Source: Squalus acanthias (lineage: Eukaryota). Taken from it: a DNA stretch of 64,000 nucleotides. Both the position numbers and the translations under genes were made by a program. This document shows, in pieces, positions 13,824 to 25,253 of this stretch. The stretch lies in the NCBI GenBank assembly GCA_030390025.1, contig CM059446.1, positions 8,308,001 through 8,372,000 on the forward strand, written 5' to 3'. The first letter of the stretch is position 1. The number at the start of each line of letters is the position of its first letter. A model generated the notes under the pieces. It did no database searches. It was not told the DNA's origin and saw nothing but the letters and a program-made list of their open reading frames with translations.

Positions 13824-14780
13824 GGAAAGAGAGAGAGACTGGGAAAGAGAGAGACTGGGAAAGAGAGAGAGAGAGAGACTGGGAAAGAGAGAGAGAGAGA
13901 GACTGGGAAAGAGAGAGAGAGGCTGGGAAAGAAAGAGAGAGAGACTGGGAGGGAGAGAGAGACTGGGGGAGAGAGAGAGAGAGATAGAGAGAGAGACTGG
14001 GGAAGAGAGAGAGAGACTGGGGAAGAGAGAGAGACTGGGGGAGAGAGAGAGAAAGAGAGACTGGGAAAGAGAGAGAGACTGGGAAAGAGAGAGAGAGAGA
14101 CTGGGAAAGAAAGAGAGAGACTGGGGGAGAGAGAGAGACTGGGAGAGAGAGAGAGACTGGGAAAGAGAGAGAGAGAGACTGGGAAAGAGAGAGAGAGAGA
14201 CTGGGAAAGAAAGAGAGAGACTGGGGGAGAGAGAGAGACTGGGAAAGAGAGAGAGAGAGACTGGGAAAGAAAGAGAGAGACTGGGGGAGAGAGAGAGAGA
14301 CTGGGGGAGAGAGAGAGGGAGAGACTGGGAAAGCGAGAGAGACTGAGGAAGAGAGAGAGAGAGACTGGGAGGGAGAGAGAGAGAGAGACCGGGAAGAGAG
14401 AGAGAGACTGGGGGGAGAGAGAGAGAGAGACTGGGAAAGAGAGAGAGACTGGGGGAGAGAGAGAGAGACTGGGGGAGAGAGAGAGACTGGGGGAGAGAGA
14501 GAGACTGGGGGAGAGAGAGAGACTGGGGGAAAGAGAGAGACTGGGGGAGAGAGAGAGACTGGGAAAGAGAGAGACTGGGGAGAGAGAGACTGGGGGAGAG
14601 AGAGAGAGACTGGGAAAGAGAGAAACTGGGGTAGAGAGAGAGAGACTGGGAAAGAAAGAGAGAGACTGGGGGAGAGAGAGAGAGAGACTGGGAGGGAGAG
14701 AGAGAGACCGGAAAGAGAGAGAGAGACTGGGGGAGAGAGAGAGAGACTGGTGGGACAGAGAGAAAGATTGGGGGAGAGAG
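12382..14780. repeat. About 2.4-kb polypurine minisatellite, (GA)n-CTGGG(G/A) units
   Basis: Directly visible. Generates the spurious 875-aa and 929-aa ORFs. Confidence 0.97.
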
Positions 14781-14781
14781 A

Positions 14782-15643
14782 GGGGGAGAAATTCGGTATC
14801 GCCCCGTTTGGGGCGCAATTATCGGCCGGGCGCAAAGTTTAACGTCTGGCGCTAATTATCGCCTCTGACTGCAAACTTGCCTTCTATCGCCCCTGGAGGT
14901 GATTGGAGTTCTAAATCAGGCGCTACACACCTCTCTTAAGGCGCTAACGCCGAGGAGCAATGCGCTACCTCAGAGCGCTGGTGAAGCTCATGTGATGTCA
15001 GTCAGCAATGGAACATAGACATACTGGCGCCGGCCAGTTCTTAAAGGGGTGGGTCGATCTTGCTCTCCATCCACACCCTGCTCATTGCAGCCTTGAATCT
15101 CGACTTGGAGAGACCTGTACATCAAATCTGCTGGAAAGAACAATGGAGTGGCCCAGGGAAAGAGCTCAGAGTGCAGCCCCCATAGTCTCTTCTAAATCGA
15201 TGCAAGCAAGGTCAAATCAAAATGAACCTGCAAAATGTTGCTCAGTACCCAAAACTCCTTCACGCAGAGTTGAATCTCTCCAGAAGTCTCTCTCTCTCAG
15301 AACGTGTGGTGCAAAAATGTCACCGACAAAAAAAGGAAAGAAAGCAGTTGCCTTTAAATAGCGTTCCCCCAGTCCCTTCCCGATTGCAAAACACTCCCCT
15401 CAACCTGTCGTTGCTAACGACAGGCGGTAAGGCAGGGGGTGCCACTCAATATCCGGTCCGGGGCGTTGCGCACTCGACTGACATCACGATCTGCGGGCGG
15501 AAATCGTGGCGGTAGTGTTTAGCGCTGCCGCAAAATGTTTGGTCAATTTCGCGAGCGGTGCAAACATCGCCGCGCCCGGGCGCTAGTTGCTTTGCGCCTC
15601 ATTAGCGCTAACGGGAGGCGCAAAACAACCAAATCTTTCCCCC
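14782..15643. mobile_element. PIF/Harbinger-like non-autonomous element
   Basis: TIRs ggggagaaatt / aaatctttccccc. Internally homologous to 33709-34601. Confidence 0.65.
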
Positions 15644-17954
15644 AGAGACTTTGCCAGGTGCTGTCCCCTTTTTGAAACGTCTATCAGGGTTATTTAAATC
15701 ATGTTATGAAAGAGGGGAAGAAGTTTGTGCCCCCGTTTGTACCTCGGAGTCTGTGAGAGACGGAGGGAACGGCAGCAGAAAAAGAGGAAACAACTTCTCT
15801 AAAACTGATCCCAACTCATCGCCAAGGCTGGGGATAGATAACCTCACCGCCTTCTTAGGAAGTTTAACCACTTTATTCACTTTATCATTTGAGCTCCGTT
15901 TGGAATTAGAGTTTATTTTATTATTTTTTGTTGCATGTTTAACGACAGCGTTGAAGAGGGAAAGTGAAACTTGGAGCAATTTCTGTCAAAGCTGCAATGA
16001 GACTTGAAAGAATTTAAAGGTTTTTAATGAACTTTTCACAAAAAATTAGTTTTAAAAACACTTCTTTCCCCCCTAAGTTTCGAATATGATTTTGGAAGAA
16101 ACAAACAAAAAACAATTTTCCCCTCATCTAAACAAGTTTCAACCAGGTCTTGAAGTCCAAATGCTTTTAAAGAGGGTCTGAATTGCTTAAAATGCTTTAA
16201 AATTGAAATTTCTCAATATTTAATTTTGAATGATCAACTGAAGTGAGTAGCTTTACACAAACATGCAACCATGGTGTTGAGGAGGGGGAGGGCAGGGAGG
16301 ATTTGTAGGAGTTACATATTACTTTTTATTGGCTTTTTATAAAATATCATTAAGACTTTTAGGAAGAGAACCAAAAAAGTGGAAAAACATAAACCATTTT
16401 ATTTTGTCTGTCGTTCTATAGTCCTAACAAGTCCCAGGAATAATGTAAATATAGATTTCCTCTTAAATATTTAGTGGAGTGTTAATAGAAGCACGAGTTA
16501 TGTAATGATGTATTAAAATTGCAGGAAGCTACTTTAGAAGAAACCACTATTTGTTTATTGAGAAAGACACTGATATTGTACAATTTTGATTTGACATAAA
16601 TGTTTGAAATAGGAGATTAAAAATTGAGAGTACAATGAAGTTTGTTTCCCGCTATTTAATTGCGAAGTACCTAAAATAATTCAGCACTTTTCGTGATAAG
16701 GGCAGGGATTAATATTGTGGAGAATGTTGAGAGAAAAACATTAGAAGCGAAATTCGTAAATTAACATCTTTATGTCAGCATATTAATAAACATTTCCAAG
16801 TCAGTCTGATTGGTTCTCCTGTCCAGGAAGAAAGATGAATGTTTATTTCTGTTAAATCATAGCTTTTCCTGCTTTTTGTTTTTAATTCGGTAACGCAAAT
16901 TGTGTTTGTGTTTTTCTGCACTCGTGAATAAATGCTGCATTTCTGACATGTTACATGGCGGGGGTGCTGGTTCAAGAAGACAACCTTTATTAATGGAAGT
17001 GATTGAAGTTGAAAATACGGATACCCGTTCTTGTTCAATTGTTCAATTCTTTTTAATACTGTGAACTAAAGAACGACAGCACTTTATATTTGGGTGTCTG
17101 GTTGCATTGTGATTAATATTCTAATCACTTATGTGGACGTCCAGCACGTCAGCGCCACAGGAAAGGCGCTGCTCCTGCTGCTTGTGCAGCCACTGCTATA
17201 GTGACATGAGGGATGGGCTGATACATTGAAAACTTTAAAATTAATACAAATTGCATGAATAGATATGCCTCTTTCAGCTCACCTTGGGCTTTTGGATTGT
17301 TTGTCAATGCATAACCCTGTAACTGAGTGACGTTTCTGAAGTGTTAATGCATTAATATGCAGTTCTTTTATATCCCAGTCATTTCTGACAAGTAACTTTT
17401 TTAAAAAAGAGTTTGTACATGACGAACTAAAAGCTTTTAATTAATTCTACCGTAAACAAACTTGCAGAATGGGCATGTAAATGACAAATGAATTTCAATA
17501 TGGATAAGTGTGAGGAGGTGCATTTTGGTAGGCGGAATAAGGAGGCGACCTACTCCTTGGAAAGTAAGTCTAAATGGAGTAGAGGTGCAAACAGATCTAG
17601 GGGTATAGATTCACAAATCATTAAAAGTAGCAATGCAGGTTAAAAAAGCCATAAAAGTACAAATAAAGCACTGGGGTTCATTTCTAGAGGAATAGAATTC
17701 AAAAGCAGAGAAGTTATATTAAACCTGTATCAAACCTTGTCTGATTGTCTCATGATTTGAGACGGTGGGGCGTCAATATGGCATTACTGTAGATATGCTA
17801 TTAAGTGGTTGCTGTCGTTGTTGTTGTTTTAAAATTTGCCCACGGACGAAAAGGTCGCGCTCAGAGGAGTTCGTGGCCCACTCAGTACAAAAAAAATTAG
17901 AGGGAACAGTGCCGACACCTCCCATAGGCAAAAATAAAAACACAACTTTTTACC

Positions 17955-18395
17955 AGGATGAACAGGCTGGATCTCTTTTCTCTTGAAAAGAGAATGCTGA
18001 GTGGTGACCTAATAGAGGTCTTTAAAATTATGAAAGGTTTTGATAGAGTGGACACAGAGAGAATGTTTCCACTTGTGGGGAAGAGCAAAACTAGAGGCCA
18101 TCAATATAAGATAGTCACCAAGAAATCAAATAGGGAATTCAGAAGAAACTTCTTTACCCAGGGAGTGGTGAGAATGTGGAACTCGCTACCACAGGGAGTG
18201 GTTGAAGCGAATAGTATAGATGCATTTAAGGGGCGGTTAGATAAACACATGAGGGAAAAGGGAATAGAGGGTTATGCTGATAGAGTTAGATGAGGAAAGA
18301 CTGGAGGAGGCTCGAGTGGAGTATAAACGCCGGCATGGACTGGTTGGGCCGAATGGCCTGTTTCTGTGCCGTATATCCTATGTAATCCTATGTAA
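17955..18395 (+). mobile_element. CR1 LINE 3' fragment abutting the C exon (mirror copy about 31670-32240 -)
   Basis: LFSLEKR..GDLIEVFKIMKG...WNSLP. Shared by both arms, so it predates the duplication. Confidence 0.85.
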
Positions 18396-18427
18396 ATTGG
18401 TAACCGGGAATGAAGAGGACTGCTCAC

Positions 18428-18753
18428 CACTGTCGCGGCCACCTCTTATTTCTCCTGAAATGTCTCTGCTCTCATGCTGCAACCGGCAGGTGAAGTTGGC
18501 CTCACTCATCCATTCTTCGCGCTGATTGACAAGACGCTGACCACACTGAACTTCTCTTCTCCCCGTGCAGGCTCCGGCTGACTTGTGACCGACTCCAATC
18601 GTCTCACACTGCTCGCCGTCCAGGTCACTCGAATTGGTTTCGGGTTGAAACCCATCGCCAGGCACAGCAGTGTGGCTTTGCCGCTCTTTGCCAGCTCCTT
18701 CTCCGAGGGAGCAAACATGAACAACTTTGGAGGGGAGACGCGTGGCTCTCCCT
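18428..18753 (-). pseudogene. Antigen-receptor gene, left copy: C1 exon with a 1-nt deletion at about 18513
   Basis: gaagaatgg versus gaagaaatgg in the right copy, giving SAKNG-stop before the second Cys. Otherwise protein-identical. Confidence 0.85.
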
Positions 18754-19072
18754 CTTTTTAAAAAAGGAATGGGGTGGGGGTGGGGGGGGAAAGACAACAC
18801 AGATTAATGACAAAGTTACCCGCACATTCACATCGGCCCGAATGAAAATAAAATCCTCTTCGAGATATTTAAATGCGTTGTTACAAATATAAAGTGTTCA
18901 ATGTAGCAAATCGCTCAAATAATTCATTCTGCACAACAGAAATATTAAATATCTAAAACGAGCAGGTAAATTACTTAATCAAATAGAGGCAAATTTTAAA
19001 CATTCAAATGCGGGGAGCTAAGGGAAATATTGCCATGCAATGACGGTCGGAAATATTGAAAATACTGCTTAC

Positions 19073-19122
19073 CAGACACGATGAGCTGAGATCCGTCACC
19101 AAATATATAATTCGTGTCATCC
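19073..19122 (-). CDS. Antigen-receptor gene, left copy: J segment
   Basis: Identical to the right J (FGDG motif, GTAAG donor). Confidence 0.92.
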
Positions 19123-19150
19123 CACAGTGGTACAGAGCTGTATAATAATG
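19123..19150 (+). other. 12-RSS (J, left copy)
   Basis: cacagtg gtacagagctgt ataataatg. Confidence 0.8.
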
Positions 19151-20005
19151 GCAGCATGGGTCACTCTCTCACTGGTGTTTAAAGGAGAAATGAGTTAGGA
19201 GCTGCATGTCACCTCTACAATAAATCCGATTAACTCCTTACAATTACACTTCTTGAAAATTGTCAAAGTTGCCGTTCTTGCCTCAGTCGGCAGCCAGAAG
19301 GTTGTGGGTTCGAGTCTCACTCTAGGACTTGCGTAGAGACTCCAGGCTGACCCTTCAGTGCGGTGCTGAGGGAGTGCTGCACTGTCAGAGGTGCCGTCTT
19401 TGGGATGAGACGTTAAACCGAGGCCCCGTTTGCCTGTTCAGGTGGACGGAGAAGATCCCGTGGCACTATTTGAGGAAGAGCAGAGGAGTTCTCCCCGGTG
19501 TCCTGGCCAAAATGATTCGCTCAACCAGCACTAGCAAAAAATAAACAGATTATCTGGTCACTCATTTATTTACTGCTTGCGGGACCTTGCTGTGCACAGC
19601 CTGGCTGTTGCATTTGCCTACAAAACAGTGACTGCACTTTAAAAGTAATGAGTTAGCTGTGGGGCACTTTGGGATGTCCTGAGGGCATGAAAGGTGATAT
19701 ATAAATGCAAGTCCTGTCTCCCTATTCATTCATACTTCTTTAGTGCCCTGCTACAGTAAAGGGCTCAATGTGTTTCACATACAATGAATTACTGGGGAGT
19801 GCAGCGATTGCTGTTATGTAGATTTCAGTGTGTTTCCTGTTGGAATCTGAGTCTGAGAGACCACTATATTCCAACAGGAGTTATACTGGAACAGGGCAGA
19901 AACTACCAGGGGCTAAAACTGCAGCCAGCGAGTGTTATCCTGTTCCGTGCAAGGACCTTTGGAAATCCCACCAAATGGTGGTGCTTGCTCGGATCAAGGT
20001 GAGGA

Positions 20006-20044
20006 GGTTCTTGTATGATGGAGCTGAGTGCCAGCACCACTGTG
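20006..20044 (-). other. 23-RSS (V, left copy)
   Basis: ggttcttgt + 23 nt + cactgtg on the plus strand. Identical to the right copy. Confidence 0.93.
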
Positions 20045-20357
20045 AGAAACAGCGACACAGAAATACATGCCCGAGTCTGCCTCGGTGACCTTCTCAATGT
20101 GCAGTGGGCAGGCATTGTTTCTCAAATCCACCCTGGCTTTGTAACGCTCCCCAAATCCTGGCGCATATTCGGCAGTAAATCTTTTGTATGTTGTAGTCAG
20201 CATCTGCTGAGGGGCCTGCCCTGGGAACTGACGGTACCACTGCATGTTAAATTCCTTCATGGCGCCATTGGCCATTTGGCATTCGAAGGTGGCTTCTTGA
20301 CCTTGGCTGACGGATATCGACGGCTTAGACTGAATCACGGCCGCTGGGAGCAAACTC
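20045..20357 (-). pseudogene. Antigen-receptor gene, left copy: V segment (1-nt deletion near the 5' end; in frame if the AG before 20343 is used)
   Basis: 313 nt versus 314 nt in the right copy. From the upstream acceptor it reads GVCSQRP-stop. The rest of the V frame is open to YFCVAVS. Confidence 0.8.
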
Positions 20358-22152
20358 CTAGCAACAAGGGAGCAGCGTTAATTATCCCAGGTCCTGCCTC
20401 ATTATTTAATGAATGTTTAACGCTCCAACAACATTCACCCCTGCCTGTCACATTCAACAAGGAGGATCGAACTACAGCTGAATAATCCGGCGGGTGGGCT
20501 TTAAGTGCAAACATTTGCACCTTAAAAATCGCTGGGTAACTGGTCAATCACCGCGCTGCTGTTTGTGGGATCTTGCTGTGCGTTAACTGGTTATCCTTGT
20601 TTGCCATTTAACAATAGTCACAGCATTTCAAACTAACTCGTCGTCTGTGAAACACTTTAAGCTGTTTCTGCGAGTCGTGACAAGGCGCGACATATACCCA
20701 GAGCTTTCTTTGATTGTAAATGACTCTTAATCGGTGTTGCCGACGGGATGAAATGTCTGGAATCGTATCTGGATTGCATTTTTGACTGTTTCATGTTGGT
20801 CGTTAAAATGGAAATTTAAAGACAAAAAGGACGTTTAAAAAATCCAAGAGGGATTGGTGATCGGAAATGATTTTGAAATGGGTCGCGAGGGAAGAATTCA
20901 AATGGTACAATCGCCATCTGGGCAGCGCCTGATGCTGCCCGAGATCTCAGCACCGTTCTGGGAGGGAGACTACCCAGCCCGCGACTACAGAGGAGCTATA
21001 TAGAAATGAATATTAGGCTGGTAAATGACATGGGTATCGGGACCCAGGCGATGCAAATAAATTTACAGCACGGAAAGAGGCCAGTCAGGGATGTGCCATT
21101 TTTAAGATGTGAACTTTCAATATATTAAAGAGATAATCCGTATACATCATCTGTACAAATGAAATGGATCTGAACTCTACACTAGAGGTGTAAATTGACA
21201 CACAGATGGGAGAGCTATATCGAATATATACAACAGTTATTTTATGTTGATCAATTCATGAAAGATAAGTTGTATTAGTGCGGTGGGAGTGCAGAGAATG
21301 AACAATTGTTAAAAGAGCAAAGAATGCTGGTGGAGTGAGTTGGGGAGGTTCAGTCCAGTCCAGTGAAAGATTCCCCATCAGAATCAGTTGGCGTTTCCGA
21401 GCTAGTTTCCTTTCAATTTGTTAAAAAATCAAATTTTACTTTTTAAACGCGTACCAGAATAGTGAGTGGGAGGCTGGGATCTGGAGTGTACAGACACACA
21501 TACTGCAGATAGTGAGGTGACACTTTCAAACACAGCCGGCTTCTTATAATTGGAAAGATTGTATCTCTGCATTTTCTCTGTGTTTATATTCTGTGAATTC
21601 TTGTAGATTCTCTCACAGTAACTTTACCTGAAGAAGGGGCAGGATAGCTCCGAAAGCTTGTAATTTTAAATAAATCTGTTGGACTATAACCTGGTGTTGT
21701 GCGACTTCTCATTCCTATAATCTAGGTTTACCTGCTGACTGCTCACACACACACACACACATGCATTACACCGTGTATGTACAGGCACTCTGTATGTGTA
21801 TATATATATATATATATATATCTTTATCTAAGTTGTGAACTTTCAAACCAAGGATAGTTTACTGAGAAGTAGATTATTTCGGAATCGATCGTTGTGTCTG
21901 GGCCCATTGACAACAATGACTCCTTTGTGCCTGAAAAGCTGCAATCTTCACCCCAGTGAAGTTACCGGGAGCAGGTGGAGCTGCTGGAATCCCGGGCGGA
22001 GCCAGCACTGAGCGACAGGGGCTTTGCCGGTTCCCCACCCTCCACCCCACCCAGACTTTCCACCGCTTCACCGGAGCGATTAGAAAGTCGGTGCTGGCGA
22101 GACGCACAAGCGGAGCCCCGTCACGGGGGGAGAGAATAGAAGAAAGACTCAC

Positions 22153-22192
22153 CAGTCAGATGGGACAGGAGCTGGAAAACGAGTGGCAGCAT
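22153..22192 (-). CDS. Antigen-receptor gene, left copy: leader exon
   Basis: Reverse-complement copy of 27937-27976 with the same donor. Confidence 0.78.
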
Positions 22193-22774
22193 GTTTGGTC
22201 CTTGCCCCTGGGCGGTGCGCTGGATCTGATCGATTCTGGCAAGTCGGTGACCTGTCCTTCACTGGGCTGTGGGAGAATTGAACTGCGCTGTGTTGGTGTG
22301 TGTTGGGGGGGGGGGGGGGGGGTGCAGTTTGTGGCTGGGCTTCTGCAGCACCAGGCACATCTCTGCAACATCTCTATTGTGAGGCTGGCTCACAGGGCTC
22401 GTGTCTCGGAGGTGTAACGTTTTACATTTTGAAATGACTAAGTAAGGAAACCACTAGAAACACACATTTCTTTCCACGCCAAGCTCGTGAACACATAGCA
22501 TTTTTTTTTAAATTATAAGGAAGGCAGAATCTTCCGTCAGCCTGTGGTTAGACTGCACACCAGTAATCGCAGAGCGAGCGGTGCAGATGTGGTCACACCC
22601 AAGTTATACTGCAGGCTGCGCCTGGCTGCAAATCGCACTCTGTCCCTGAGGAAAGAGTTCTGTGCAAGTCGTGTTTACTTACACTCGCAGATCTACACCC
22701 TCCCGCCTACCCCACACCAGCTATTTGTTTAATGCTGCGTTTAAAGGGAAGCTGGATAAACACACCAGGGAGAA

Positions 22775-25253
22775 CATAAGAACTTAAGAAATAGGAGCAG
22801 GAGTCGGCCATTCGGCCCTTCGAGCCTGCTCCGCCATTCAATGAGATCATGGCTGATCTTCTGCCTCAACTCCATTCACCAGCCCTATCGCCATATCCCT
22901 TGATGCCTTTACTAGTCAGAAATCTATCAACTTCTGTTTTGAATATACCCAATGACTGAGCCTCCACAACCCTCTGGGGTAGAGAATTCCAAAGATTCAC
23001 CACCCTCTGTGTGAAGAAATTTCTTCTCATCTCAGTCCTGAATGACCTACCCTTTATCCTGAGGCTGTGGCCCCTGGTTCTAGACTCCCCAGCCAAGGGA
23101 AACATTCTCCCAGCATCCACCCTATCAAGCCCTGTAATAATTTTGTATGCTTCAATGAGATCCCCTCTCATTCTTCTGAATTCAAGAAAATACAGGCCTA
23201 GTTTACTCAATCTCTTCTCATACGACAGTCCCGCCATCCCAGGAATCAATCCCGTGAACCTTCGTTGCACTCCCTCTATGGCAAGTATATCCTTCCTTCG
23301 GTAAGGAGACCAAAATTGTACACAGTACTCCAGGTGTGGTCTCACCAAGGCCCTATATAATTGGAGTAAGACCTCTTTACGCCTGTACTCAAATCCTCTT
23401 GTAATGAAGGCCAGTGTACCATTTGCCTTCCTAATGGCTTGCTGCACCTTCACATTCACTTTCAGTGACTCATGTACAAGGACACCCAGGTCCCTTTGAG
23501 CATCTGCATTCCCCAATCTTTCACCATTTAGGAAATACTCTGCCTTTCTGTTTTTTCTACCAAAGTGGATAACTTCACCTTTATCCACATTATAATCCAT
23601 CTGCCATGTTCTCGCCCACTCACTGAACCTGTCGAGATCCCCTTGAAGCCTCTTCACATCCTCTTCGCAACTGACACTGCCACCTAGCTTTGTGTCATCA
23701 GCAAATTTGGAAATGTTACATTTAGTCCCCTCATCCAAATTATTGATATAGATTGTGAATAGCAGGGGCCCAAGCACCGATCCTTGTGATACCCCACTAG
23801 TCACAGCCTGCCATCCTGAAAAAGACCCGTTTATCCCTACTCATTGTTTTCTGTCTGTTAACCAATTCTCAATCCATGCTAGTATATTACCCCCAATTCC
23901 ATGTGCCCTAATTTTGTTCACCAACTTCTTGTGTGGGACCTTATCGAAAGCCTTCTGAAAATACAAATACACCACATCTACTGGTTCCCCTTTGTCTACT
24001 CCACTAGTTACATCCTCAAAGAACTCCAATAGGTTTGTCAAACAGGACTTCCCTTTCATAAATCCACGTTGACTCTGCCCAATCTTACTATTAGTTTCTA
24101 AGTGCCCAGTTATTGCATCCTTTATAATAGATTCCAGCATTTTCCCAATTACTGATGTGAGGCTAACAGGTCTGTAGTTCCCCGTTTTCTCTCTCCCTCC
24201 TTTCTTAAATAGTGGGGTTACATTTGCTATCCTCCAATCTGCAGGAACCGTTCCAGAATCTATAGAATTTTGGAAGATGACAACCAATGCGTCCACTATC
24301 CCAATGGCCACCTCTTTCAAAACCCTAGGATGTAGGTCATCCGGTCCTTGAGATTTATCGACTTTTAGTCCCATTAATTTTGCTAGTACTGTTTTTTAAC
24401 TAATAATAATTTCTTTAAGTAACTTATTCTCGCCACACCCTTGGTTTTCTCGTATTTCTGGGAGGTTTTTTGTGTCTTCCTCCGTGAAGACAGAAACAAA
24501 GTATTTATTTAATTTCTCTGCCATTTCCTCATTCCCCATTCTAAATTCTCCCATCTCTGACTGTAAAGGACCTACATTTACCTTCACCAGTCTTTTTCTT
24601 TTCACATACCTATAGAAGCTTTTACAATCCGTTTTTATATTTTTCGCTAGTTTGTGCTCATATTCCATTTTCCCTTTCTTTATCAATTTCTTGGTCCCCC
24701 TTTGCTGATTTCTAAAAAGATCCCAATCCTCAGGCTGACTGTTTTTTCTGGCAACTTTATAAGCTTCCTCCTTTGACTTAATACTAGCTTTAATTTCTTT
24801 TGTTAGCCATGGTTGGATCACTTTTCCTTTTGGGTTTTTATGCCCTAGAGGAATATATGTTTGTTGCAAATTATGCATTATTTCCTTGAATGTCAGCCAT
24901 TGTATGTCCACCTTCATACCATTCAGTGTAGTCTCCCAATCTACTACCACGGCCAACTTGTCCCTCATACCCTTGTAGTTTCCTCTGTTTAGATTGAAGA
25001 CCTTAGTTTCAGATTGGACTACATCACTCTCAAACTTAATATAAAATTCAATCATATTATGGTTAGTTGTCCCTAAAGGTCCCTTTACCACAAGATTATT
25101 GATTAGCTCTTTCTCATTACACAGTACCAGATCCAGAATAGCCTGCACCCTGGTTGGTTCCTCCACATACTGATCCAGGAAACCATCTCGCAAGCATTCC
25201 AAGAATTCGTCCTCCACACCATTAGTGGTAATTTGATTTGCCCAGTCAATATG
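22775..25253 (-). mobile_element. 5'-truncated CR1-clade LINE (ORF2 RT fragments), left arm only
   Basis: RT motifs (GVSQGSVLGP, FADD), frameshifted ORFs, short-repeat 3' tail, 9-bp TSD cagggagaa at 22766-22774 and 25254-25262. Confidence 0.93.

Noticed and set aside
12029-14835. 929-aa and 875-aa Ser/Leu/Pro ORFs and Glu/Arg-rich ORFs
   Set aside because: Translations of a GA-rich minisatellite that lacks stop codons.
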